A program made the position numbers and the translations under genes. A model generated the notes under the pieces. It did no database searches, was not told where the DNA came from, and saw nothing but the letters and a program-made list of their open reading frames with translations. Shown one piece after another: positions 24,001-39,000 of a stretch of DNA of 64,000 nucleotides. The DNA is from Girardia tigrina (lineage: Eukaryota). Location: contig MQRK01220805.1 of assembly GCA_001938485.1 (NCBI GenBank), positions 74,757-138,756 of the forward strand, in the 5' to 3' direction. Within the stretch, counting starts at the first letter, position 1, and every line of letters begins with the position of its first letter.

Positions 24001-27000
24001 ATTTTGAAAAGTTTGATCCCAAATACCATGAATCTAAAATTTATTTCCCAATCATATAAAATTCGTGATATGTTCAGTAATAAATCTCCCACTCCTCTTG
24101 GTTTGTGCTCCGATCTTGTTTATAAATATACATGTAATGGGTGTAACGCCACATACATTGGAGAGACATGTCATCATCTCTGCAAACGGATCAAAGAGCA
24201 TAGTCGGTTGGATAATGGGAGCAATATTGCCGAACAAAATTGAAAATGTAAATAGAAAATCGGAGAAAATTATTTTCAAATTCTGTGTAATCGATTTAAA
24301 GATTACTGGGAGAGAGTAACATGTGAGGCCTTATTAATAAGATCCATGGATCCAAAAATTAATATTGAAGCTTCACACTCAACTTCTCTGTTAAACATTT
24401 TCAAATAGAGCCTTTATTACATGATTGATTGTATAATCACCTTTCTCATATATAAGCTGCAAAAAGCCAGTGTTAATTTAGTCTGAAGATGGCTGGTAAT
24501 CCGCCGAAATTAATTACAAAAATAATTTTTGAAAAATGGCGTTCACTTTTTAACTTTAAAATTAAATTTATAAATTTAAAGTAGGTATAATATTTTAATA
24601 GATAATTAGTAACCATTTGTCAAAGAATCCTTTTGCCCTCCAGCAATAATGCAGTTAATCTTGTTAATACTCGAAACCATTTCTGTTAACAATCTAACAC
24701 TTGTCTCGGAAAGTAATTTGAAAATATTTCTGAAAAATAAATTTATTGTTTAAATCATTTTAAATATTGAAATTATTAACAAGTAATTACAGTTAAGGGT
24801 TTATAATTTTTTTTATTAATTATAGGCATTCTAAATTTGGTTTGTCGTCTATAAATATAATTAAACATCATATTTCTTTATTCAAATTTTATGCAAGTTT
24901 ATTTTGTAAATTGAAATATTATCTTTCTAATGAGACACGTACTTTTCAAAGAATAAACAAAATCAGGGTTTTTTAAGGTCATTTTGGGTGTACAATGTAC
25001 ACCCAACTTTTGTAGATGTACACCCAAAAAATTAGCTATTTATAGGTAAAGCATTGGTTCATTAAAAGATACACACACTGCTATTCCACCTACTCTCTAT
25101 CCCTCTCGCACATACACGCTCATTTATAAGGTCATTTATAATTGTATACTTATTTAATAGGTATAAGACATTCTTTTGTTCTGAACTCTTTAAATCCAGT
25201 GTGCATGTGTGTAACAATTTTTGAGTAAAAATAAATATGTTATACTGCACACCAACATTTTCTTAGGTTACACCCTACTGGAAACCTTAAAAAACCCTGA
25301 ATAAACTAATTAAAAAACGAGTGCCATCAACTAGAAATATGATTTGAACAGAGGGATTTTTAAAAGTCTTGCCGACAATTGACGTGATAGTCACAAAGAT
25401 GTATAATAAAGTATTAAATAAACATTTCCATTCATTTAAATTTCAATCAAAAAGTGGCTATGAACTGATAAACATAATCAATATTTAAAAACTTTAAAGT
25501 AAAGATTTTCTTAAAAAATATTTAGTTTTATTTTTATTACCTTATAAAGGATAAATAATTTGGTAAAATTGAATAAAAATGAACATGCATGAGATACTAA
25601 TAACAAAAAATATTAAGAAAACGGTCCCTTGTAGATTTAATAGTATTTAATTTAGACATTTTTCATTGATGAGCTGTGGGAACGTTCATAAAATAAAATT
25701 TTTGAATGTTATGAAATTATTAGATAAACAATTACATTCCATAAAATATTGTTATAAATATGTTAAAATAGATTTTCAGAAATTTAATATAAAAAATTAA
25801 TTTAAGTAAGAAATAAAATAAATTTTACGGTAGGGTTATTAAAAGATTTATGTAAAGATTTATTATAAAAAAAAGTAATTTCAAATTTGATGAAAATATT
25901 ATTTGATGAAAATTTTATTTGAAATAAAATAAAAGTAATTTAAGTTTGATATTTTTATTTTCGAAATAAAAGCAAACTAAACTAAATTTTGCAACTTTTA
26001 AATCAAAGTAAATTTAAAATGTGGTTATATTTTTTTTGGAAAATGTAATTATAATTTTTTATTTGAAATTAAAAAATTGGAATTAAAAGTAATTGAAAAC
26101 CCTTAAATTGACTTAAATAAAAAATGCGATTTTATTTTTTTTGGAAATGTAATTGAAAAATGTACTATAAAATTGAAAAATTAATAAGAGACGCAATAAA
26201 ATTTTTGTGACAAAATTTTAATTTACTATAATTTTTATTAAAGAAAATATAAATTTTTAATTTGTAAAAAAATATACAAATCATATTTTTATTTATACAT
26301 ATTTCTATTTATATTGGTTGTGTAAAAAAGAAAATACAAAAGTTCCTCAAAAAAAATATTTGTTTAAAAAATTCTAATTGTTATAGAAATAAATTTTGGT
26401 GTTCGTTATAATGTCTTGTGAGCAAGAATCCAATAAGCTGAAAAGTAATTTAACTGCAAGAAGATGGTATCAACAGGAATTACATGAACATCTAAATTTT
26501 CAAACGTATGCATGGAGAGTAACATTTAGTCTAAATTCTCAAATTGCGTAGCTTACAAAATGAATTTGAGGAAAATTTATTTGACATTGTAATTAGTGCT
26601 GAAGAGTTTATTTTCATAAGTTGCTCAATATGTCATTTAGGTTATAATTAGCATAACTTTTGACTGTATTGTACAAACAACCAAGGAAATCGACGTCTAC
26701 GCTTGTTAAAATAACACTATCATTCCTACTCTAGAATCGATATTAGTATAAACTGTTTATAAAGCATGGATTCTGACTGGTGTATTATATAAAAAATATT
26801 TGAATAAAAATATCAAACGACTTACGTATTAATTTCATCCGAGTTGAGCTCATTTGCACTTTCTGTCATATCGATATGCTTAAAATTTAAAAATATAAAA
26901 TATTTTAAATTAAATAAAAATTTCCATACATTTTGTTTAGCTTCATGAACTTCTTTTGTCTGAGCATAAGGTGATTCTAGTTCTTCCAACTTGTCAAGAT

Positions 27001-30000
27001 CCTTAAAAAAACATAATTAATACAAAAATTAAGGAATATTAAATAAAAACCTTCTAAAACTATGTTATTAGACGATAATTGATATTAAACTGTTTTATAC
27101 AGTATCATAAATTAATGCAAACAATATAATAAAAGAAATAACAAAATGTAATATACGTAAACAATTTTAATATTATAAATAACTAAATATTATAAATTTT
27201 CAAAATCTTTATCATAACGATGTCTTTTTCTGAAATTTCTGGTTAAAATGTAATATTAATTACACGAATAATTTTTTAACGTTCACGTTTGTAGGTGAGT
27301 TTATTCGTCCAAGAATAACTGTTTGGTGAGTATCAACATGTTCAATAATCCTAATATTTTTGTGTTCCAAAAGACTTCTATCTGAAATTGCATGTGTAAC
27401 TAATGTATAATTAAACGACATATTTTGTTGGTGAAGTTCTAAATTCAAATCTATTTCATTATGTGGATTTCCTAAGGTTTCATTAAAAAAACACCATGAT
27501 TCGAAATTTTCATGTATCATGCGTGAAAGACTAGTACTTTTACGTTTGTTTATGCAACCTACGAATTTTTGTTACTAATCGTAAATTATAATATAGCGAC
27601 TGTTTGCAAGGAATTAAAGTTGCACTGGAACAATGGACTGTAAGTCCAATGATAATATACAAAACGATTTCTTTGATCGTATTTTTACAATTTCACCACA
27701 CAGTCTTTATCAAATGAATCATATCTATTCAGTCTACCAGCTATACATATGGGAGAATCAGAACTCACTGAATTTAACTTGCACTTATTTTAAAACTTTG
27801 AATGTGCCTCAAGTCAATTATAGGTACAATGTGCTTCTGTCTTACATAGTTTGTTCGAAATTAATTTTTCGCAATCCGGTATATAAATACAAATATAGAA
27901 AACAAAATTTAAGGTTTTGAATTTTTAATTAGACAACGCATTTCAAGCTATTTTGATTCTCGTCGCCCGGTCCGATTTGATTGTAATATAATGTACATAT
28001 GTTAAAATAAATACATTTTTGAAATAATTTAACTAAAATTGATTGAACGTTAATTTAATTAGTTTAAAAATTTAAGTAAAACAAACTAATTATGATCAAT
28101 TCCTTATTAATCAATCACTGACAGTTATCAAATATCTTTTGAAAGAACGATATGAAAATTTATAACTGACAGTGATTGGTTAATGAGTATGTGATTGATG
28201 ATAATTATGATGTTTTTAGTTAATTTTTGAAATTGAATCAATTTTCGGTAAATTCAAATTTATTTATATTTGATTCAGGAACAAATAATCGCTGTTTACT
28301 TACTATAAACACTTCTGCCAAACCGTGGTTAGTCATTACTTAACATAATGTGTCCACATTGACACTAATAACGACGACATTCGACTTAATTATTTTAATT
28401 TTATAAATATATAGATTTTATATGAAATTATAAAATAACATGAAATCATCTGAATTATGTTATACATAGAATATTAATAAGATACCGTAATCACCCAAGT
28501 ATAATGCTCTCATTTTCATTCAAAATCTCAACATCGAAAATTGGATGAGCATTTGAGTATGTGAGAAATCCCAGTTTGCAAAGTAAAATTCCTTGTAAGA
28601 TGATATCAAATTATGTAATAAATTTTATTTGTACGTTTGTGGTATTTTATCAATCAGTATAATACAGTGCGTGACTGCGTGTCATAATTATTTGCCGTAC
28701 GTAAAAAATTCAAATGAATACATCCCCACTCTTTCAATTTATTTCAAATTGAGCTAATGTTTCATCATTTATAAATACGATGAATTTTCAGCAAAAGTTT
28801 TATCAAAACCAGGTCAAAAGCTACATTCAGAACTTGCTGACAAAGTAACTTCATTTCACTCATATGTGCTGAAGCAAAGAAAGCTGCATTACTTTGAACT
28901 CTCACAGATTGGGAACGTGGATGAAACTCCGATGTGTTTTGGCAGGAGAACAGTTGAGACCAAGAGAAGCAGAATTGTCCAAATCAGAACAACTGGATAT
29001 GAAAAGACCTGTCACAGTCCTGACCTACATGACAGGTGGAACTAAACTCAAGCTAATAGTGATTTTCAAAAGACTGCTCCAAAGAAGAAATTTCCAGCTG
29101 TTGTGGTGATACATGTACTTCCCAAAGGATGGGTGGCTGATGAAGGAATCGAGCTGTGGCTCAATCAAGTTTGGAATAGCAGGCATGGAGCTCTCTTAAA
29201 GAAAAAATCCCTGTTAATGTGCGATCAGTTCAGAGCACATGTGACTGATAAAGTAAAGGGAAAAGTGCTTCTCTCAACACAATCCAAGTAATAATTCCTA
29301 AAGGTTTGACATCTATCCTGCAGCCTTTGAATGTCGTTCTGAACAAACCATTCAAGGACAGAATGAAGCAAAGATTGATGGCCTCTGGTCAGCAGGAACA
29401 GACCAAGAGTGGAAACTTCAAGAGGCCTAGAATGACATTCCGTCTCAGTTGGTTTTCAAAAGTTTCCTGAAGACTGGAATCTCAAACAGAATGGAAGGTA
29501 CAGAGGAGGATGAACTCTGGAAAGAAGGCACAGAAGAAGAAACTAAAGAAGATGAAGACCAAGCTAAACCCAACTGGGATGCAGATGGAAGACTGATTCC
29601 GGAAGAGTTTCAAGAACTTTTTGGTGACAGTGATGATGATGACTTGGATAAATTCTGATTGAAATATAGAATAGGTAATTTTTTGTGGAATATAAATTTT
29701 TTTCATAAAAAACAAACTTTTAAACAAAATTCTGAAAATTTACGGGAGCGTTATACTTGGGTATGTCAAAAAAGACTAGGTTTTCGATTCAAAAGTTGGA
29801 TGAGTATTATACTTGGGTGATTACAGTACTACATGGGAATATTCAGTTTTGCAAAACTTACAGTTTAGAACAGTGGTCTTCAAACTGTGTTCCGCGGAAC
29901 CCTAGGGTTCCTTGAAATCCCTCAAGGGTCCCACAAAAAAATCAGTAATTCAAAAGAAATTGCTTAATTTCTCATAAAAAACATAAATAAAAATCTCAAG

Positions 30001-33000
30001 AATTTCATAAAAAAACTTATATAAAATCTATATCTATTATTTATTTAATTACAGAACAATCATAATTATTACGTAAATATTTTTGCGTACAGAATACTGA
30101 ACATAATCAAAGTAGTATTAGTTTTTTTTAAATTTTTAAGAATTTTTTTTGAAAAATATTTTCACTAATCATAGTGATCCATAGCATGTAAATAAAACCG
30201 TAACCATAACAACGAAATAATTAGTTTTCACGTTCTTAGTTTCAGAGTAAACATTTTTTTAATTCCATTTTCCATTTAAACTTCGCAACAACTTAACTTC
30301 GAGATATAAAAATATCAATATATTGATAAAAAAAAGTTATATTGAGTTTTAATTTTAAAGAATTGTTTAATGTTTTTGTGTTTAATTATAGTGAAACTTT
30401 AATTAAAGTTTAATTATAGTGAAAAACAAGCTCACCCAAGTCATTAATTTAATTTTTTTATTTTTACGTTTTTTATTGTGTAAATAGATGTTACATTGAT
30501 TTTTTTTATTTTTGAATAATTTTGAATTTATATTTAAAAAAGCTAACTATGCATAAATAAATTTATTTCACATGAGGGTTCCGCGAGCTTTTGAAGTTTG
30601 AAGACCACTGGTTTAGAACATCATTAAGAGAACAATTCAACAGAACTCAATTAAACGAACTATATTTTCTAACCCATAAAACTCGCTTTTTTGTTGTACA
30701 AATTTTAGCATTTCTATTAAAATTATTGCGTGAATTATTAAATTTGTTGTCATTTTTCATTTGCAATCGACTATCAGAAAACGGCTTTGTTTTATTTTGA
30801 TTCGACAGAGAACGATTTATGATACATGTTTCTTCATTTATCACAGACTTTGAACAACTTTCATCACTTTTCTATTAAAATTATTAAAATACTTAATTTT
30901 TTTATAAAAATAAAAGCTTAAAAAGATTTCTAAATTTATGAAAACCTGTAAAATATTATTTTTTCCTGAATATCTACACTGAATTTTTTAAAGTCTTTTA
31001 TCATGTTAAATTGAATAATCATAAAATATGTCAGACGAAATAGTCAAATGTTAAAATAAAATCCATAATTTTACCAATGTAGATGTACTTCTTTCGCTTA
31101 AAGACAGAATCATACATTAATAATTAATCTACCGGCCTACGAACTTTTTGATGGCACCAAGTAATATTCTGATGCATTATTATTATTATCACTATTATTG
31201 TTATTATTATTCCATAAATCATAACAATTATTCAAAGCTTCAATTAAGAAACATTGGTACATAACCCAGAGATATAAAAAACTTAAAATTCACCTTCACT
31301 TTGAGATTTGTAAATAGTAATTAAATCAGGAAATTCAAAACTATCGTAATTCAAAACACGTAATTTAAATCATTCGTTATGCTGCGCAACCATAATGTAG
31401 CTCATCAGTAGGAATGAAGTATTGTTCCACTCAAAAGCAGCACAGTCCACAGAGAGTCGCTGCACGTCTACAACTTGTACTAATGGTTATAATTGAGAAC
31501 GAAGAAAATGGACAGAAATCTATATTGGATTGACGAAGAAGACCTTGATATGAATGATATCTCCACTTCGCCCCCGGATGACGGACCGGAGGTTTACTGG
31601 GTTCGCCTGTAATGTGCACTGAGGACCGGTGTTGAGATCGACATGAAGTAGAATATCCGTATCACGTGTACTCCCACGACTATGGCCATGGAATGTGCTG
31701 ACAGTGTATGACGGCGAACCTGAGAAACCAGCGCTGTCTCGGACCAGTGTATACACTGTTCGGTCAAAAGATGGTGGCGTGGATGCAGTCGCATCACTAT
31801 CTAGTGCTCGGCAACAGAGGCAGTAACGAGCGCCGATCGTGTTCTATAATAAGTTGTGATCGAGCCAAAACACTTGACAATGATAATCGTTTCAGTTAAA
31901 ACTCATAATAAGTAAGAAAATATTGAACGCAGTTTCTATCAATGTTTATTCAACATAAGTTTTGAAAAGTGTCCAATTGCAATTATTAAAACATTATTTT
32001 TTTATTTTTTTACATTTATTGTTAATTTATTATTTTTATCATTTTTAGGGATAATGTCAGAGCATCACAGTGCCCAACGAAACTGATATCTTTAATACTG
32101 AAACAGAAATAAAATTATTTTATCAACAAAATTTTAAAGACTGAATTGTAAAAAATATCTTCAAAAACCTGTTTCTGAAAAAAGGCGATTCAGAAAAATA
32201 TCTACCTTGTAATAAGTGATTAAATTAACAAAATATTTATTTATTGCCAGTAAAAATAAAACAAAATCAAGATATCTCTAGACAGAGATTAGAAAAGTTA
32301 TCTTAAAAATCTCATCACATACAAATAAAGACTAATTTGTGGAATAAAATAAACTTAGGGCAAGTAGAAGTGTTTGCGAAGTTTCATGAATTAAATGATA
32401 AATAAAATACTATTTGCTTTTAATTAATGCCATTCTTGGCTACTTTACGTGCGAATGTATATTTAATTAATTAATAATTTAATCATTTTATATTGTCAAT
32501 CATAGATAAAGCAATACATTTCATAAAAAAATTGATAAATTAATGTCAAAACCGAAAATTATCAAGATAATGTAATAAAATAGCATTATTTTATTATAAT
32601 TATTACTAATTATTATAACAGTAATTTAAACCTAGAAATAAAATTAAGCTATGTTTCTCAAAACTATTTATTTCGATTTACACTATTTTCAAATTCTCGC
32701 TTACTACGAAGCCATTCTTGCTTTAATCCTTGATATGTTGAATTTCGACAGAAGTTATAAATCATATCTTTAAAAAACTTTTTAAAACTATTCATACTGT
32801 TGTAAATACCCAAATTTCTTCATAGACACTGGGATGTGTTCAAATTATGCAGGCTTCAGTTAAACAGATCGTTATCAGTTTTGAAATTTCTTGTGAAACA
32901 AATTTTATCAAATGAATTTCCGTTAATATTATTGAGTTGGCCAAAAAGTCATTGTGTTTTTGAGTACGTCTTAATAAAAAGCATGAAAATATAAAACGAT

Positions 33001-36000
33001 GTGATAAAATTTAATTTCAATTATATATTCTGAAACCTTAATTTTCAGACTATGTTTATACAAAATATTAATTGATTTTGTTTTAATTTATTACTTTACC
33101 GTCAATTGGAAATGGAAAATCAAAATGAAATCAAATCAAATTCGTCATGTTTTGTTGCATTATATTTTCGCAAAGGGAAAGCCGCTGTGCAAGCTCATTA
33201 GAAGATATCTTTTGTATATGGTAGTGACTTCTTAAAACTTCGACAGTGTCGATACTGGTTTTCTAAATTTCGTTCTGAAAAATTTCATCTGAAAGATGCA
33301 CCACGCTCCGGTCGACCAGTTGAAGTTGATGGCGACAAAATAACAGCACTGATCAAATCTAATCCACATATGACGACAAGAAGTTACAGAGACTCTGGAA
33401 ATATTAAAATCAAGTGTTGGAAGTCATTTAAAGAAACTTGGATTCGTCAGTAAACTCGATATGTGGTTACCACATGAACTGAAAGAAATTCATTTGGTGA
33501 AACGTNNNNNNNNNNNNNNNNNNNNNNNNNNNNNNNNNNNNNNNNNNNNNNNNNNTAAAGAAACTTGGATTCGTCAGTAAACTCGATATGTGGTTACCAC
33601 ATGAACTGAAAGAAATTCATTTGGTGAAACGTATAGACATTTGCGATTCTCTTTTGAAGCGAGAACAAAGTGATATATTTTTGAAGCGCTTGATTACGGG
33701 TGACGAAAAATGGATTGTTTACAACAATGTGGAACGCCGACGATCATGGACAAAACGTGGTGAGCCTGCCAAAACGATCCCAAAAGCAGAAATTCACCAA
33801 AAGAAGGTTATGCTTTTCGTCTGGTGGGATTTTAAAGGAATTGTGTTTTTGAACTCCTTCCAAGGAATGAAACCATCAATTCAGACAGATATTGTGGTCA
33901 GCTGGAGAAATTGGCTCATTCAATTCAACAGGAACGTCCTGAATTGGCAAATCGAAAAGTTGTAATTCAACATGATAACGCAAGACCGCATACAAGTTTG
34001 ACCACTCACCAGAAACTCTTATCATTGAGTTGGGAGGTTTTGCCGCACCCACCGTATTCTCCAGACTTGGCCCCATCGGATTTTCACTTATTTAGATCAC
34101 TGCAGAATTCCTTAAACAGAAAAAACATTCGCCAGTGATGACATCAAATCGTTCCTAGACGGCTTTTTTGCTGACAAAGGCAAAGGTTTTTATGAATCAG
34201 GAATAATGAAGCTACCGGAAAGGTGGAAGAAAGTGATTGAAAATAATGGACAGTATATCGTGTAAAAATATTTGTGCATCCATGTCATTTTTTGATAATA
34301 AATATTTTAGTAAAAAACGCAATGACTTTTTGGTCAATCCAATAATTGACATTAGATTACGCAGAGTAAGTCATGTACTTGTTTATGCACTGATAAAGCA
34401 AACTTTCATTTTCAAGAATAAATGAAACCATATTCATTAAATCCTGAAATTCGAGAAATTCACCAATAAAAGTTCTCAATGTTGATTGTAAGAGGCAACA
34501 AAAATTAGTTATTAAGAATATTATTTAGCATTACTCTATAAATTGTTAATCGAGTACTTGGAAATTCGTACAAACCTGGAATTCAATTTTTAATATTCTA
34601 AGTTAAAACCGGTGATGTATATTGAAAAATAACACCAAATTTGAATTTTTCAGATTTTCATAAGTTTATTAACAGAAACTATTTTTAAGAAACGAAACAA
34701 AATGCAAACAAAAATATTTACCAACAACCTTTGGTTTTTTTACATTTTTGTTCATCAATTTATTCAATAATCTCGATCGAAAAGATTTAGGCGAATTTTT
34801 AATATTCTTAATAATATATTCAAAATTTTTTTAAAAAAAATACTAAAATGTAAAACATAAATTGTAGTTTAGTAACGAACACTTACTATTTTGTTTGAAT
34901 ATTTAGAAAATATTTCTTTATTTCAAACATTTATCTTTTTTAATATAACCTAAATTATAGGCAAAACTTAGTACTTAACAAAAGCAGTTTTGCCCCTTCT
35001 TTAGATTTGACAACTAGCCAATATTTTTTCATTAAGTTCATTACATTTTATAAATGTGTAATTTAACAAGAATTTCGTATTATTTAATATAAGTAATGAA
35101 ATTAATGATGATGCTTTGTAGAACCATTTTTCAAAATGGTTTATTTTACTTTGTTGTAATTAAAATATATGGTCAAATAAAACCTGGTTTATTTATGCTT
35201 AGATTTTTTATAAGAGTTTACCAGTTCAAGGCCTAAAGAAAGCTGAATACAGAAAGATGCGCTACACATCTGAATGAGAACATTGTCATCGTATTTGACT
35301 GTCTCTGTATATCGTTGGTAAGAAGGATATACCTAATATATTAGGGCTTTTAAACAATGAGTCAAAACAAAAATAAAATATCATATTGTTTTTCTTTTCA
35401 TACTTTCTTTTTGAATAAAATAGAAAATAATTTATTGGTGAGATTATTGGGTTAATTCTAAGAGGCTAACTTGCCAGTATTTTAATAAGGAATTATATAA
35501 CAACATTAAGTCAAATATTGTATTCTAATAAAAAGACATAAATTTTCAAAAAAAAAATGATAAAGTATTCGATGATGAACAAATTATAGCTCGAATTTAT
35601 TGTTTGTATAGAAACATAAACAAATAAAATAAACGAATCATGAATATTTGAAATAGTTTTCGATACGGGAACATAGAAACTGATGAATATATTTAAGCAA
35701 ACAAATATCCCCTATTATTAGTTTTAATTAACAATTGAAAACATAAATAACAATTGCGCAATAACCTTTTGAAAAACAAGACTTGTTTGGGCATTAAATA
35801 ATGGATGAAGTGATTAAATTAATGTCTCTAAAGCTCTCCCAAACATTTCTAAAGTTTCAACATATTTGTAAATCGTTAAGTTTTATATCCGATGTAAAAA
35901 TTTTCTTTTTTTTCTAAAAGATGGCATTAAGAAGATTGAGTCCTTGCTTTCTATTTGGATTGAAAATTAAGTAAAATGTTAATTCAGACGAGAGCAAAAA

Positions 36001-39000
36001 GCTTATTTGATAACATAAAAAGTGAAGCAGTATCCAACGATAATGCTAGTGGTAGTAATACACACAAGAATGACACATTTGAAGCTAGTCAGAGATGGGT
36101 TTGAGAGATTCATGGTTCGAGCAAATCTGGATAGTATTTCACTTAAAGGCAAAGCAGCTAGCGGTGATATAACTGCTGCAGAACGTTACCCGACAGAGTT
36201 TAAAGCATAAATTCATGAAGGTGACTATGATCCGAAGCAAGTCTTTAATGTTGACGAGACTGAGTTATTTTGGAAACGTCTACATAACAGAACTTCCATA
36301 TCTAAAACAGAAAAATCTGCACCAGGATTTAAAGCTAGCAAGGATAGACTAATTCGTCTTCTTGGTGGCAATACCAATGGTGATTTCAAACTTAAACCGT
36401 TTCTCATTTATCAACCAAAAAATCCAAAATCTATGAATGGTTGTTCAAAGAATCTGTTTCATATCCACTGGCGAGCAAACAAAAAGGTGTGGATGGGAAC
36501 ACCATTATTTCGAAAATTGGTTTAAACTTGTGCTATTCCAGAAATTAAAGCTTATTGCAACAAGGAAAACTTAAACTTCAAGGCTTTGGCATTAGTAGAG
36601 AATGCTCCTGGCAACCCAGTTTATGTTAATGAGTTGTCAGAAAATGTGAAATTTGTATTTTTGCAGTCTAATACGACACCAGTTATTCAACCGATGGATC
36701 AGGGAGTAATATCGACTTTTAAAAGTTATTACCTTCGACGAACATTTAAACTCCTTTTAAGTGGGACTGATGGACAAGATAAGCATACCATGCTAGAGTT
36801 TTGGAAAAAGTTCAACATTATGAAAGCCATAGAAATTTGTTCCGAGTCGTGGGAGGAGGTTAAACCATCTTGTGTGAATGATGTTTAGTGCAAAATATGG
36901 CCTGAATGTGTTCACCGAATATGCGTTGCAGAAGTTGATGGTACACCAGCTGTTCGTCATGAAATTTGTAATTTAGCTAGATAGCCTAATTTTGAAGGTA
37001 TCGAGGAGACTGATATAAATGAATTGCTAACCGTGCACAACCAAGAATTTTCTAATGAAGAACTACTGCAACTGGAATTGCAATTTGATAATGAAGATGA
37101 CAGTGACCGTTCAATAGAAATCTTCGAAGAACAAAATTTAACCTCCAAACAAATTTGCAAAACGATGTGTTTGATTGACGAAACTATCTTTAAGAAAAAA
37201 ACTGTCCTGACAGCGAAAGAAGTTCTAAAGTGTCCCAGTCAGTAGCTACGAATATCAATGGCTAAAAGGAAATTTATTTTATGTTGAAAAAAAGCTGTTC
37301 AGCAAACATTGGACCAATTTTTTGTGAAGGAAAACCGACTTACGACAACACCCACTATGGACTCATCAGACAGTAATTAATGTTAATTTTGATTTTCATA
37401 AATTAACTGAATAGTTTATTTTGTTTTAATTGAATACTTTTTTTTATTTTTTGTACGTATGTAATAAAATTTTATACTTATTTTTGTTTATTAAATATTT
37501 ACTTTGTTCAATTTTCTTTTAAAATGTAGTATTTTTGTTACTCTGGAACCTATCTTCGATATTTACATGTTTTACTTTAGAAAATCTTAATTCAGTTTGC
37601 GTCATATTTCTTGGAACGTAATCCCGACGCAAAGAGAGGTGTTGGTGTATTGCTACTCAAAGCTGTTATCAATCGTAATTTAAATATCTGATATATTCTT
37701 CATTGGACATTCTCTCCCTCAGTTAATCAATCTTTTAATAATACCATATTCATTTCACTAGAAAAACTCAAATAACTTTTTTTATATTTGTCGAATGACT
37801 CTCTAATCGGACAATTACTTTAGGTTTATTTTGATATTCTTTTAGGTCATTTTTCCTCAAGATTATATTTTTGTACTGTTGTGATATCAAATCTTTTATG
37901 TTTATACAGTAGTCTTTATACTACTTATAAGGAAAAGAATCCATCTAACCTGAACAGAATTATCCCTTCGAAATTTCTTTAAAAGGATTTTACGTTCAAT
38001 ATAGATTATACAGGGTGTGCAAAAAACCGACCACTTTAAATTTGACAATTATTTTGTTTTTTTCACATTGTATTTTTGTTTTTTTGTCACTCTAAATAAA
38101 TTTATACATAACAATTTATTGTATTTGTTTTTTAGCATGTCTGAATACAGGAAAGCAATTATAAAGTTACATCTACAAAGAAAATTCGAGCGCCAAATTG
38201 AATCGCTAGAAGTACCAAAAACCACAGTTCATGATATAATTTCCCGATTCAATGAAACTGGTATAAATGAGCGTAGATCTGGAAGTGGACGACCCAGAAC
38301 GGTGAGAACGAAAGCCAACGTGTGCAGCATCAAGGGAAGAATCAAGCGAAACTCAAACAGCTGCAAGAACTCGACCAGAGAGATTGGCAAGGCATTGGGC
38401 ACATCAGATGGATCTGTCCGGAACATCCTTCACAAAGACTTTGGAATGAAGTCAAGAAAAAAGGCTAAGGGGCAGTTTTTGAACCAAAATGCTGAACAAA
38501 AAAGCCTGGATTGATACAAAAGGTTAAAAAGAAGATTCGCGGCCGGAAGACATCGCTCAATCCTCTTCACAGATGAAAAGTTGTTCAAAGACGAACAAAG
38601 CTTCAACTCCCAAAACCATCACGATTGGTCAGTTGAGCCCCTCCCACTGGAGCAGCGCATCATCTCCCGCCAGCAAAAGAGGAAGCAAATCATGGTTTAG
38701 GCCGGGATCCATTGTTCAAAGGGCAAGACACCTCTTGTGTTCATTGCCGAAGGTGTCAAAGTTGATGGTCGGGTGTATCGAGAAATGTTGGAAGATAAAG
38801 TTTTTTCCGTGGGCAAGAAAGGCGTTTGGAGACTAGCACTGGACATTCCAGCAAGATGGCGCCCCGTCCCACAAGGCTGTGGAAACCCAGGAGTTGATCG
38901 AAGCAAATTGCCCAGACTTCATTTCTGTTGACATTAGCCCACAAAGAGTCAATGGTGAATGGCCTCCGTGTCGCCCAGATTTGAATGTGATGGACTACAG

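Larger units (their letters stand above)
23786..24552 (+). mobile_element. 5'-truncated Penelope-like element with an inverted 5' pLTR
   Basis: GIY-YIG ORF 24004..24243 (LVYKYTCNGCNATYIGETCHHLCKRIKEH). 23786..23984 is an inverted copy of 24354..24552. Confidence 0.92.

Noticed and set aside
33429-33632. ~77-bp direct duplication on either side of an N run inside a mariner
   Set aside because: Identical sequence flanking a scaffold gap is a typical contig-overlap artefact.
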